DNA of 64,000 nt. It comes from Azolla caroliniana (taxonomy: Eukaryota > Plantae > Polypodiophyta). The DNA lies in assembly GCA_043228905.1 (NCBI GenBank), contig JBHGNT010000006.1:1922001-1986000 (forward strand), in the 5' to 3' direction. Numbering within the stretch: position 1 is the first letter of the stretch; every line of letters begins with the position of its first letter. The notes under the pieces were generated by a model. It did not search any database. It saw only the letters and a program-made list of their open reading frames with translations, and was not told where the DNA came from. This document shows positions 1-12,800 of the stretch, in pieces. The translations under genes were made by a program, and so were the position numbers.

Positions 1-29
1 CGCGTTGAAGTGTCATGAAATTCTGGCAG

Positions 30-1357
30 GCCTAGCAGGCTTACGTGTAGGATATGGGGGTTTCCCACTTGGTATTATCAAGTACTTGTGGAGAGCGAAG
101 CAACCATACAATGTCTCTGTTGCTGCAGAGTTGGCTGCATGTGCTGCCTTGGAGAATCCTTCTTACCTCGAGGTGACTTAGAAGCTATTATCTTTTATTA
201 AGTTTTAAGGTCACTTAAAATTTCATCCTAATCCAGTAATCATTTACTTTGTTCATAACTATCTCTTGGGCAAAAGAAAATTCCAGTCTTACAAAGGTGT
301 TTATAGATTATCCTAATACATGATAATATGCAACTGAAAACAGATGGTGAAGGAGGCTTTAGTTACTGAAAGAGAACGATTGTTTGGGCTGCTTCAACAA
401 GTACCCGTGTTAACTCCATTTCCAAGTCATGCGAATTTTATTCTGTGTGCTGTAAAGGATGGCAGTATGGCTGGAAAGATCAAGGTAAAAATTCATTCTT
501 TTTCTTTTTCACTTAATATGTGCAACTGAAAGGGAAGGCGATTCAAACTATAGGCGTGTGAAACATTAGTGTGGTTTAAAAATACTAGTCAATAGAGGCA
601 TGTGTGGTTTAAAAATACTAATCAATAGCCCCAATCTGGGTTGAAATCTCCCATACTTGATTACATGGAAATGACCAACATGCTTAAGATTTAGAAACAT
701 TGAAGAGAGAGGGCATCCACGATATGATGTGAAACACTACATGCATGCATATAACCTGCACTGACAGAGACATGCATATAAGGTTTTTGTTTCCTAGTAA
801 TGCATTATATTACTGGTGGAAAACTTCAACCTGAGGTGGAAGCCTACTAAATATGATTACGACTTACAAGAAAAATGACCAAGTTGTCATTGCATTAAAT
901 CTGTCTTTAGGTCTTATCATGTGAATCATAACAAGCACATATAGAACATTCACTCCCAAATCCTAGACACAGTTTTGGATCCCTTGGGTGAATCCCACTA
1001 TGTTTGGAATGAAATCAATGTAATTGTTTCAAATGTATCTTTGATAAAGATATAAATTTTAGTCTCAAAGGATTTATTTAAATCTATTCATTGAGATTTT
1101 TCTAATGATATGTCATATGAGATACAAATTACAATCACATTATTGTAATGCATTTTTTAAGTCGGTTTATATATTGGTTGGGAATTTCTAAACTCCGCAA
1201 CTTTCTAATATGGTGTTTTTAGAATGATCTTGTGGAGGAAGGAGTCATGGTACGCCACTATAACAAGAAAGAACTAAGTGGGTTTATAAGGATATCTGTG
1301 GGGAAGCCGCAACACACCGATGCATTAATGAAAGCCCTTGAAAAAGTTCTGAGGTGA
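30..1357 (+). CDS. HISN6: Histidinol-phosphate aminotransferase, last three exons (5' part outside window)
   Basis: GT-AG exons 30-172 (GLAGLRVGYGGFPLGIIKYLWRAKQPYNVSVAA...), 344-484 (...PFPSHANFILC...), 1223-1357 (GVMVRHYNKKELSGFIRISVGKPQHTDAL, TGA). These motifs are typical of plant HisC. Confidence 0.93.
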
Positions 1358-1562
1358 AGAAAGTATCTCTATATTGATACTTTTACTAGAAAATGCTCAA
1401 AGATGAGCTCCAAGAGCATTTGTATAATTATCAATGAATGAATTTGATTTAAAGATCGGAAAGAAGACCTGATTTTATATGTTACGGATGATTTAGTTTT
1501 ATGTCATTGAGGGGAAGGTTTAAACTTTAAAGAGTTCTCTTTCCTAAAGAAAATGAGAATTT

Positions 1563-1915
1563 ATGTTTTGAGTAAAATTCTTGACAAAGCTTGTTAGGGC
1601 TTTATTCATCTTAAATAAGAGCCACCATTTTGTCATGGTTTACTTTGCTTGAATGATGGATCTAAGGTTTGCATTGTTGCATTGTTTTGCAACAACATTG
1701 TATCGTTACTTTTTTAGGGCTAAATAGGTTGGTGTGCATGTTTTGAGTAAAATTCTTGACAAAGCTTGTTAGGACTTTATTCATCTTAAATAAGAGCCAC
1801 CATTTTGTCATGGTTTACTTTGCTTGAATGATGGATCCAAGGTTTGCATTGTTGCATTGTTTTGCAACAACATTGTATCGTTACTTTTTTAGGGCTAAAT
1901 AGGTTGGTGTGCATG
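1563..1915. repeat. 175-bp tandem duplication (2 near-identical copies)
   Basis: ATGTTTTGAGTAAAATTCTTGACAAAGC...GGTGTGCATG starts at 1563 and again at 1738, with about 2 substitutions. Confidence 0.95.
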
Positions 1916-2956
1916 AATCCAGGCTATGATCATAAAATGATTTTGTTTACTTTGCATGATAGTGTGTATAATCTCAAACTAAAAATCTGAGCAAACTAAC
2001 AATGCTGAAAATTGAGACCCTTTTGCTACAAAGTCACATTCACAAATTTAAGATTGCAAAGTAAAATCTCAGGTTATTCTTTAAAACATTGAATTTTCTC
2101 ACTAGATTGAATAGATGAGAATGTTTAAACAAGTCTATCTGTATTGGATGCTGACTTTCTTATCATGTTTTACCTGTATTCAAATATTTTTAATTAAGAT
2201 GTTTCAACTCATTATGGCTTGTTCTCTATTAGTTAGAGAAGGCCATCCAAACTAAAACTGATTGGCTTTTGAGAGTAAATCATGAGAGAAATGAAGTAAG
2301 GAATAGTAATGGGTGTCATCTCGTTAGGTTATACTTGAAGGATAACAACAATGTTTAACAAATTGCCTTGTTTTATATGTAAAGTATGCCTTGTTTTATA
2401 CCTGTGTCTGAATCGGTGTGATGTGACATGGAAATAAAGCCAAAATTCAAAACTCAAAGCTTTAAGGTGTTGAGCTTCCATTGACACACAGTTTCTTCAT
2501 CTTCGTCTTCATTCTTTCGTTGTTTCGCTAATTTGAAGCTTGATCAATTTACTGACACCATATACCATGCCATCAGGAATCGTGGACCACATAGAATTAC
2601 AGCCTAAAGACGACGTTAATGGCAAGCAAACTACTGCTATCTTCATACTCTTCTTTCTTTTCTTTTAATTGTTTCTCATTTTGAAGCTTCATGCATTTCT
2701 ATGTATATCGTTACTGAATACCATCTGTCCTGCGTACGGTTGAGAAAACGTTTCATTTTCGTTGCAGTAGCTTTCAATTATCTATCGGAAAAAAGGTCTA
2801 TTTTATTCTTTGCAGATTTTAGACATCGAAGGTTTCTCTCTGGTCATAACATTTCTATGCATAGTAGAGGAATATCTTATTTTCTCTGATGTGCTTTAAT
2901 TCACTATCCTATAAAATGACTTTTGATTCTTTGCAAATTCGCTAAGATTTCTATGC

Positions 2957-4099
2957 ATGGGTTTAGGGTGCAAAATATCATCTCATTATCAGGAAAAAGC
3001 GTCTGGTGCAGATTTAGGCATTGGTGATGTGGCCTTGCCACATCAATCAGATTTCTCTTCAATCATGTCGGTTTGTTAACAAGTAAGCAACCTCAAGATT
3101 ACAATGCCTTCCAAAATTTAGCAGCAAAAACTGAGTGTAAGTTCAATCTAAAGTTTGGTGTAACATATGGGATTTTTTTGGCTTTATATTATTTCTCTGA
3201 ACCAAAGAGATCCTGAACTAACATAAACTAGCTTATTTTAGATCTTCCTTGGCCACATTGTAAACATAGCGAAGATCCAAAAAAAGTTAGTTGATCTTGA
3301 TAGCACTTTGTGTCCCATGATAGACCTTTTTCTTTCTTGTTTTCAGTGACTGCTAAGATATATGATAGCGATTTGAATTCCTAATCCTACCCTCACGTAT
3401 CCATGTGAAATTTAGTATTCTTCACGTAACTAGAATGTAGAGCTTTTTCACTAATGTGTGCACTCCTTTCCAGTTGGTGGCAGTTAACTAGAAGTTCTTC
3501 ATGAGCTGTGTAAGAAATATAGCAATTGCTTGATCCAAGATGGGCTAATACATAATACATAATGTAAGAGAGTGTTATTTTCCTATTTAATCTGATTTTA
3601 CTGATGTATTAGTGCTTCTGTTTAGTTGTTTCATTTATAGGAGTTTCAGCTAACTTTGTTCCAAGATGGCAACATAAGAAGATGCTTTTCAGATAGAGTA
3701 AGCTTTTCTAACTTCCTAGCACTAGTTAGAGGTAGATATACTGAGGCGTGGTCAAGCATCTTATCATCAATATCCATACATAATGATCGTTTGGGTTTAG
3801 TTTGTCTATTTTGTGATACATTCTGTAGTGATCCTATTTTTAGTGACTTTCATAATGCACATACAAGTATTTGCATTTTTTGATGTAAAAAGAAATGGTG
3901 TGACTGACTTTGAGGAATTTGTTCAATCACCATTCATCCTGAATGTGCAATTGAAGGCATAATTGAGCATAAGTTTCTTTCTATTCAGTTAACTTCAAGA
4001 TTTTAGTTTGAAATATAAAGTTTACAGAGTGATTTTGTTGTCCCAGTTGCATTCAGATTGTATGATTTGAGGCAAACCAGTTTTATTGAGTCTAATGAG
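2957..4099 (+). pseudogene. Decayed, 3'-truncated calcineurin B-like (CBL) calcium sensor gene
   Basis: Exon relics: ~2957 MGLGCKISS...; 3474-3563 GGS*LEVLHELCKKYSNCLIQDGLIH; 3641-3697 EFQLTLFQDGNIRRCFSDR; ~3867-3968 VFAFFDVKRNGVTDFEEFVQS, frameshift, HPECAIEGIIE; 4047-4099 AFRLYDLRQTSFIESNE. They follow CBL order and intron positions, with a premature stop, a frameshift and a lost acceptor. Confidence 0.85.
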
Positions 4100-6117
4100 G
4101 CAACACACTAATCCATGGATAGGATTTTATGGAACCAAATTTCTTGTATAAGTATTTTTGTCAAATTAAGACATGATAAAATCAAGAGACAGATACGGGA
4201 TTGTGTGTAAGAAAGAGTGTGAAATACATTCTACATAACTAGTAAGTGATCCATAGGAATTTATTTGTTCTGAAAAGCCTCCCTTGACATTGTTGGAAAT
4301 CCGCTACAGTTGCTATTCCAACACTTCATTTTGTAAGATCCTCAAGATCTAACTTTCTATTTGTAGAGTTAACTTGTAGTTTTATGATTAGAACTTCTGA
4401 TTGGATATGCATATTAGCTGGTTTGAATGCATTCTTTGTGTGGTTGAATGTGTTCTATGTTTGAGCATGTCAGCAATGAAGCATCCATATCTGTTGCACT
4501 CTTGCATCCTCGTACTATTGGCTAATTAGTCATAAATCTACAATCACAAACGAGTTTTAGATATAGTATTGGGTCAACCAACCCAATCTGGATCTTGTGT
4601 TGGCCCAAATTGACGGTTATGGATGTTATTTGCACATCAATGCTCCCGTTTGAAGTTTGTGTGCTATGTGCTTTACAGCAGGCCTTTGATTCTATATGAA
4701 TATAGTATGAAGTAATAACGCTCTTCAAAAGCCCAACTATGAACCTGATAAGTATGTTATTAATAATAATAAAGCTGAATTCATTTTCTGTTTGTTAAAG
4801 AATTGCAGTAATCTGACTTAATTAGCTAATTTAAACATGTTTTTGCAACACCTTGAATCCTGTAATCATGGAACATATCATTAAGTTTGGATTTGCATTC
4901 TATTGTTCACAAAATAAGTTGCCTAAACATCAACTAGTTATGCTGATTTAGGTTAAATAGTAGGGTTGGTGGTGTTCTTTCTAGGTTAGTGTGATCATAT
5001 TTTTCATTATTAATGCTAAGAGTGTAGTTCGGTCATCACACTAAATAGAGTCATCAACAACAAGCTTTCATGGCACCTCAACTACCATGCAAATAGTTAC
5101 ACACAGAGTGGAGAACCCTAAAATAAGAGGACTCAATACACAAAAACTTGCACAAGACAACACAAAACAAAATGTTTGCAAGAGCTTGCGTAGGAGGTTT
5201 GACACTCAGATTCTATAACACAAGAAAAGTTAGTACATGACAAAATAACATTGTATGGAAGCCATGACTAAAGAGAAGATGGGATAGGATAGGCAAGAGC
5301 TAGATCTATGAGATGGCTTAAGAACCTTGTGTGTAAGCCTTGTAAATGTCGGCAACATGTGAGGGCCTTGTAACCCCTCAGATCCCTATGTACACAACCT
5401 CTATGAATAGGTTATAACTTATAACTAAGAAGACCAGAACCTTCCATAAGGAAATTACTATAGGGGTGCGAGACAACGTTTCACATGTAGAGAGAAAGAC
5501 TGCATGACACCGACAGTGACATTAATGGTAGTAAAAAATATAGCAGGCCCATGGACTGTGTGAAACATCAGAGAATATATTAATATAACCCCTGCGTGCG
5601 TGCGTGCGTGTGTGTGTATGTGTGCATGCATGTCTCCATGTTTCACAGGATTGAAACATTATTAGAGTAGCAAACAGGCAGGAAAAATGAACGAGGACTA
5701 CGTATGCTCTCTCTATTTTGGCTGAGAAGTTGTTGCTTGGTCTGTGAACCTTACATCTTGTTGCCCCCATTTTTCTTCAAGGTAAGCTTGATCTCCTCCA
5801 TGCATCTGTGTATGTACTATGTATGTAGTAAAAGTTGGATGGAATAGATCGTTATTAGACCTCGGGCAGTAGCACTCGTGAAAGTGCAAAAAACAGAGCA
5901 TGAATCAATGAAGTCTTATCATTCTATGCAAACATTTGCACTGTTCCATTGGATTACATATTTGCTAATATGTATATGTAGGTGGAACCACCTTCATGAT
6001 GAACTCTTATATACAACATCCAGAATCAGAATAAATCGCTCATGCTGTGATAATATGGAACATATTGTATCTTACATTTTGTCTGAAAATCCGATGTTGT
6101 AGAGGCAGTGTGCGTAC

Positions 6118-7845
6118 ATGGCCATGGGCACCATGGGGTTTGCACGGGGAAACATCTCAACCAGGGAACTCGAGATTGCTGAGGTTACTACATTCGAGGT
6201 CATCTGGAGTGACACAAAACATGATAGTACTGGAATTAAAGAATCAACAGCATTCTGCAAACCTATCAATGTTCCAGCGGAATTTCATTGCCTTGGATAC
6301 TATTGCCAGAGAAACACAAGTTCTATGGCTCCAACTACTCCTACCCTGGGGACCTTAATTCATGGGTCCCTCTTGGTAGCCAAGGCTAGCAAAATTACTT
6401 TGGATGAGGCCATTGGAGAAACACTTGGAAATATAGATTTGAATATTATAACAAAGAAAAAGCCTCTTGAGAGACCCATTGATTACAAGTTGATTTGGAG
6501 TAACGACATGATCAGATGGAACCGAAAGTGTAGAACCTTGCCGTTCTTCTGGTTACCCCTTGCCCCAGAGGGCTATTCTCCATTAGGCTATGTAGTGACA
6601 TGTACCTCAGTGAAACCTTGTATGTGTGAGGTCATGTGCGTTCGATCTGACCTTACAGTTTCATGTAAGATAGCCGATGAACTTTGGAGTACTACAACAT
6701 GTGATTATTATCGTAATAGTACAAATAACACTTTCAGTGTTTGGGCTATGCACCCTTGTTCAATTGGTATGCATGAGAAAGGTATCCCAATCGGTACTTT
6801 TGGATGCTTAAATCATTCATGTAACGCTAGATATATCAGAAAGGGTTACATGCTTGAAGATGTTGTTTGCTTGAAGAATGATTCTCCAAATTTCACAAGC
6901 TCCATGCCTACTCATGAGCAGATACATGCTTTGATGTCCGAGTATGGGCCCATGTACTATTTTCATCCAAAAGAGAGATTCTTTCCCTCATCGGTTACTT
7001 GGTTCTTTGAGCAAGGTGCTCTTCTAAACACTAAAGAGCTGGAATGTGCACCTCAGGTGCTGGCTTTAGATGGTTTTAATCTACCGACAGGAGGTCTAAA
7101 TGATGGAAATCATTGGATCAGTCTGCCTCTGGACGGAGAGGGAATAAAGAAAGGAAATCTCGCTAGTGCAAAAGGGTATGTGCAAGTTAAGCCCATGCTC
7201 GGAGGAATTATTACAGACCTTGTAGTATGGATATACTACCCGTTCAATGGTCCATCTATTGTGAAACTAGGGTTTGTGAATATACCCATGGGAAAGCTTG
7301 GGGAGCATGTCTCGGATTGGGAACATATCACACTTCGGATCAACAATTTCAGTGGACGTCTTATGAGTGTTTACTTTGCGCAACACAGTAGTGGTTTCTG
7401 GGTGGATGCATCAAAGGTCGAGTATGATCATGGGAATCATGTTGTTGTCTATGCATCAAGGCATGGCCATGCGAGCTATCCTCATTCAGGTCTTGTACTA
7501 CAAGGAAATGCGAGAGTCGGGATTGGGCTTCGGGACGATACTTCACGCAGTAACTTTTCATTGGATGTAGGGAAAAACTATGAAATCATCTCGGCTGAGT
7601 ATTTGGATGGAGTTGGGTGTCCATTAATGGAACCTAAATGGCTTCTTTATGCATGTGAATGGGGTCCAAAGGTCATATACAAGTGGAGAACCCAAGTGGA
7701 TAAGCTCATCCAGAAATTCCCTAGGAAGCTGTCAATTACATTACAATCATTCATAAGTAAGTTGCCACGGGAACTCTCTCATGAACAAGGGCCCACTGGA
7801 CCTAAGTTGAAGAATAATTGGATTGGAGATGAGAGAGTGAAATGA
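6118..7845 (+). CDS. Vps62-related / DUF946 plant protein, single coding exon, 575 aa
   Basis: Long intact ORF with family motifs FHCLGYYCQ, FWLPLAPEGYSPLGYVV, YFHPKERFFPSSVTWFF, YPFNGP, GEHVSDWEHITLRI, HGHASYP, GPTGPK..W.GDER. Confidence 0.92.
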   Translation: MAMGTMGFARGNISTRELEIAEVTTFEVIWSDTKHDSTGIKESTAFCKPINVPAEFHCLGYYCQRNTSSMAPTTPTLGTLIHGSLLVAKASKITLDEAIGETLGNIDLNIITKKKPLERPIDYKLIWSNDMIRWNRKCRTLPFFWLPLAPEGYSPLGYVVTCTSVKPCMCEVMCVRSDLTVSCKIADELWSTTTCDYYRNSTNNTFSVWAMHPCSIGMHEKGIPIGTFGCLNHSCNARYIRKGYMLEDVVCLKNDSPNFTSSMPTHEQIHALMSEYGPMYYFHPKERFFPSSVTWFFEQGALLNTKELECAPQVLALDGFNLPTGGLNDGNHWISLPLDGEGIKKGNLASAKGYVQVKPMLGGIITDLVVWIYYPFNGPSIVKLGFVNIPMGKLGEHVSDWEHITLRINNFSGRLMSVYFAQHSSGFWVDASKVEYDHGNHVVVYASRHGHASYPHSGLVLQGNARVGIGLRDDTSRSNFSLDVGKNYEIISAEYLDGVGCPLMEPKWLLYACEWGPKVIYKWRTQVDKLIQKFPRKLSITLQSFISKLPRELSHEQGPTGPKLKNNWIGDERVK

Positions 7846-9500
7846 GGAGAATGAATGATGTGTGCAAATCATCTAATATATGATGCCTCATTTATGCAAT
7901 AAACATGCACGTTGCTGAATGTTTTTAACTTTTACATAGTGTCTTTTTATTTTGTTGACATTTTGGTGTCCTAATGACAGATCCAAAAATGAGTCCAATT
8001 CTTTTGGAACTGCAAGCGTGCAGTTAATGAAAATAACTCTCCCCCCCCCCCCCCCCCACAGCTGTCTGAATGCATAGATAATTAATTAAACACATGCACA
8101 CAATGAGAATCATGCATCTCTCAAACAAGTTTTTTAAAATAGTTGGTGTGTTGTGTGAACCCAACAATTGGTTTTATTGCAATGTCAAGCTTGATCTTTC
8201 TCGTCATATAGTCACGTGCTTTGGTCAAAAGGATTCCTTAATCTCGTGATAAGATATACCAAAAGATTTTGTATTGTAGTTTTTGCATAAGTGAATATGT
8301 TTTTGATCTTCAATGTTTGACAAGTATCTATATTGCAACTTTATGTCAATGTTTGGTCTCGAATGGTTCCTTGACTCACAAAGAAGAGATTCAAGATAAA
8401 TTAGAAAACTCTTTGTACATCTCCCTTTCTCCTCTTATATGTGTGAAAAGAAGGCATTGCATGTTAAACTGTATGAAAACATCAAAGTTACAATTTACAC
8501 ATGAACCAATATAATATTGTTCATTTCACAATATTATATGTTTGAAATGAATAATTGGATTTGTTGTTTGGGTTCATTTCAAACAAAAGACACGTTTTTA
8601 TTTGAGATATAGTTGCTCTTAAAAGATACGTTTACAAATTCACCCTTTGTAGCCATGGTTTGATATTATAAGGAATATAAGACATGGTGATCCTTTCACT
8701 GTGTTTTCCATTAAATATGATTCCATGGTCAATTCAAATCCTTAGTTCAATCATGCACACGAGCATGGTTTAGATTAAATGCCCTTCAACTCATTACATG
8801 AGCATACTACCACAAGGGATGATACAAAAGTGAAATTGCAAACCAAGGAGATGCAAAATCTACGAGCAATATTGATTATTATTATTACTACCATTTGTAT
8901 AAACATACAAATTACAATGATACCAAGGGCAACTATGAAGGTGATGGAATTAAAGGGTATGGCTATTGCTACTCTAGTCAATGTCAAGAACCGAGTCTAT
9001 ATGATGTGACCACTCAAGGTTACTACCATTAGGATTGATAAAAAAACATGATCATATTGAGTGCAAGAAAGATGAGATATAGAACATGGTGACACAAAGT
9101 GCTCATTGCAATTGCAATGCGAGGAGATCTAGGGTTAAAAAGAACTTTAAGAAAAAGGTCACCAAATTCTCAAAGAAGTTGCAACAAAACTCTAATGCCC
9201 CCAAACAACGCCCCCCAAAGCTAACAAAAGGGAGATGAACTCGCCCAACATTTACTAAAGGGAAGGGATGAAAGGAAGATATAACTATTTAGGAGGGTTG
9301 GTTGACCGGACAACAAGTGGGCGAGACGATATTTCCAAAGGTTAAGGTTTCTCGTCATGTTGGCTAGAGTTGTTTTGGTAGATTTTCTGATGTGTAATAG
9401 TAGTGGTAATTTGGCTCTTAAGCAAGAGGAACTACCATGGCCATAGCTTGCTTGGGGTATCCCCAGGGATAGACACATACATACATAGATGGACCCTTCT

Positions 9501-9501
<1 letters not shown>

Positions 9502-9565
<64 letters not shown>
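9502..9565. repeat. (CA)n microsatellite upstream of FTSH11
   Basis: About 32 CA units read directly. Confidence 0.95.
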
Positions 9566-9567
<2 letters not shown>

Positions 9568-9820
9568 TAGATATAGTACATAATATGATGATATTATGTA
9601 TTATGCATTTTTTTGATCTGTCTGCCTCTCTGCGTGTTCTGAATTGGGTTGCAATATCGTCTCCACCACACATAGCATCTCTCTTCTTCTTCTCTGCTCA
9701 GTGAACAATTCGCCCACAAACAGACCATGACTTAGCATAGCTGTTCACAGACAGAGATACAGGAAGAAGAAGAAGAAGGATTTGTTCCTATACCTATAAT
9801 TTTGTGACTGTTTCCTCACC

Positions 9821-12800
9821 ATGTGTTTCTCTCAAACTTCTTTTCTCTCTACAGGACCACAATCTGCTTTTCTTCTCCAGTCATCCGAGAAAAGCTTGCA
9901 GAAGAAGAAGAAGAAGCTCTGTTTCTATAGTAACTCATGCAACCCTGCCCTGTTCAGCTCAAGGAAAAAGCTCAATTTCTTCTACCTTTCAAGGAAAAAT
10001 CTATTTATTGAACATCCGAACAAAAAATTAACACATAAATCATCTTTACTCGGCAGCTTTATAACGAGTACCAGTACCACATCAACACTCTGTTACCAAG
10101 GTTCCGCTAAATTTAGTGACGAGGAAAACCTAAAGGAAGAAGATGATATAATTGGTGATACTAAACATGATGATGCTCTAGAAGGTAAGCAAGAAGGCAA
10201 TGAAAATGGTGTTAATTCAGTGTCTTCTTTGTCACCATCCTTTGTAGATAAAGAAAGTGGTGTTATAAAGTCCTTTACTTCATCTTTTGAAGATGGAAGC
10301 AAAGAAGAAGAAAATAATTTTAATAGAGTGTCGTTTTCTTCTCCATCATTTGGAGATGGAAGCAAAGAAGAAGCAAATGGTGTTAATGTAGTATCTTCTT
10401 TACCGTCTTTATCTTTTGGAAATGCAAACAATGAAGAGGAAAGTGTTGTCAATACAATGTCTTCTTCTTCTTCTTCCGAAGATGGAAGTCAAGCAGAAGA
10501 GAATAATGTCAATATAGTAGCGTCTTCTTCATCTTCCTCATATTTTGAAAATGGAAATGAATACGAAGAAAATGATGTTAATATGGTGTCATCTTCCTCT
10601 TTTGGAAATGGAAGCCAAGAAGGTGAGAATGGTGTCAAAATGTCTTCTTTTTCTTATGAAAATGAATGCAAAGACAAAGAAAACGTTTCTGATATTTGGC
10701 TCATGGATACAGATAATCAAATGGTGCAAGGAAAACATCCACAAGAGATGCAATTCATTAATGAAGATACCACAGGATCTCAGGAAGGAATCCCTTCGGT
10801 CATTGCAGATATTTCAGACCGTGTCAACCTTATTTTCAGTAATGGAAATAGCAAAGGTGTAGACCGAGATCATACGAATGAATCTAGTTTGAGTTCTACA
10901 ATACCAAGATTAGTTCTATTCATGGGATCCATATGGGAACCAACACTGAAGGTCTTAAAGAACAATCCATTGGTAGAAGTGATTAATGGGTGGAGTGTAT
11001 GGCAAGAGAAGCGACGATTAGAGAACCTTTCAAAACAAGCTGATTCGAATCCTATGGATGCTGCGAAGCAAACAGCTCTCCTTGTGGAGTTGAATAAGCA
11101 CAGGTATTTCTTGGCAACTTAAGGAAAGTCTACATTCTTTATGTTCCAAAAGGATCATTATAATGGATTTAGATTCGATCAAAGAGACCATTTAATGGAT
11201 CCAACCTTTCATGTTGTGGATGAGTTATGTACACAGCCAATGACAAGGAAATTATCCCCTACATATGATTTCATATATATACTGTCAACTGACTCACCAA
11301 ATTCTTGGTAGCAACACACTGCACCAAAATTTTCTGGTGATGTCATTTTTTGGCTAGATGCAAAAGGGAACTCTATACCATTCAAGCTTTTACTAGAAAT
11401 TGCATTACGATGAATGACTGTATTACTCATGCTATTCACTACTGTGGCTTTTGGGAGGTGTAGGCTTCTGCCACTCTTCCTATAGATAACGTCAAATAAT
11501 TGGGACAAGCTTTGTTCATCAGCTTGTTCTCTTCTGGCTCACTTAGGATGGCCGAACCTCTCCACAGCGTGACTGTATGGATGCATACTTTCTTGGTTCT
11601 TGGTAAATAGCATGGGTTCAGTTTAGAGTCTTTTCACTTCTTTGTTTTACATTTCATTCTTTTTTCATACTTCCATTTCCGTTTCTTACATAGTATTAGA
11701 GTCGAGTTTGTAGACATAAGTTTAGAGTATCTCGATGCTAAATCTACTTGGTGGCTGGCCGAAATCCCAAGAATCCATAGTATCTTGAACTAGGAGTTTT
11801 AGCAGGAAAGAAGGTTGGCTAGGACTATCGATCTGAGTCTCAGTCTGGGAACTTCCATGGACTGACTGTAATGTTTCCTAACTTATAATTTTTTGTTGCA
11901 TCAAATCTCAAACTTGCATACATCCTATTTCATTGTTTTTTTGCATGTTTACGATGTAAAGTAAATAATAAATTGGAAAACATATCATGGATGTTGTCGT
12001 AATCTGGTTGCAGTTCCATTCATTGAATTTGCTAATTTGTATGTGGTTATATTCATTGGACAGTCCAGGAGCAGTTATTAAACGTTTCGAACAAAGAGAA
12101 CATGCAACTGATGCCCAGGGAGTTGTGGAGTATCTTCGTGCACTGCTTTTGACAAACTCTATTTCAGAGTATCTTCCTGATGACCGATCTGGAAGAACTT
12201 CAACACTTCCTACATTGGTACTTTATTTTGTAGCTATTTTCACTATATAGATGTCCAATGGATGCATGATCAATTGAAATCTAAGATGTTCTACTGGCCA
12301 GTTACAAGAGCTGAAACAACGTGCAAGTGGGGGTTTAGATGAAACGTTGACCGCACCAGGCATGACGGAAAAGCATCCTCTACATGTTGTGATGGTAAGT
12401 GCAAATGTCAGCCTTTATATACTTTGCATTGTCCGGTTTTATGGTTGGATGCAATACCAGAGAGGATTTATTTTATATGAAGCTTTCAAGTCAGTAAGAG
12501 AACTGTTTCAAAAGAGAACTGGTTGGTTGACTTAGAGAAATGTCATATTTTTGGATTTTTGAATGAGATGGCACTATTCTTATAACTTTAATATGTGCTC
12601 AACATACTTGCCATTGTAACTTGTTGTTTTAAGGGCTTTTGTTAAGCCTTTTCCTAGATATTGCGATCACGCTCCTTCAAAATCCAATGTATACACTACC
12701 ATATTACTGGGTTATATCCTGCTTCTAATGGTGTTTCTCCACAATAGGGGCATTGTTCCTTTTCCGAAGGGGAGAGGGAGTCCAGGTGGCAAGTCCAGTC

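Noticed and set aside
5020-5490. LTR-like segment sharing ATCACACTAAATAGA with ~16504
   Set aside because: No TSD, PBS or PPT could be fixed, so boundaries are unsupported. Same for 47890-48390.
9221-9704. ORFs with CVCVCV / HTHTHT tracts
   Set aside because: Translations of a (CA)n microsatellite. The same applies to the ORFs at 48269-48930 and 35185-35442.
10093-10862. Antisense and alternative-frame ORFs over FTSH11 exon 1, and similar ones over Vps62, PPR and copia
   Set aside because: Shadow ORFs of real coding sequence.
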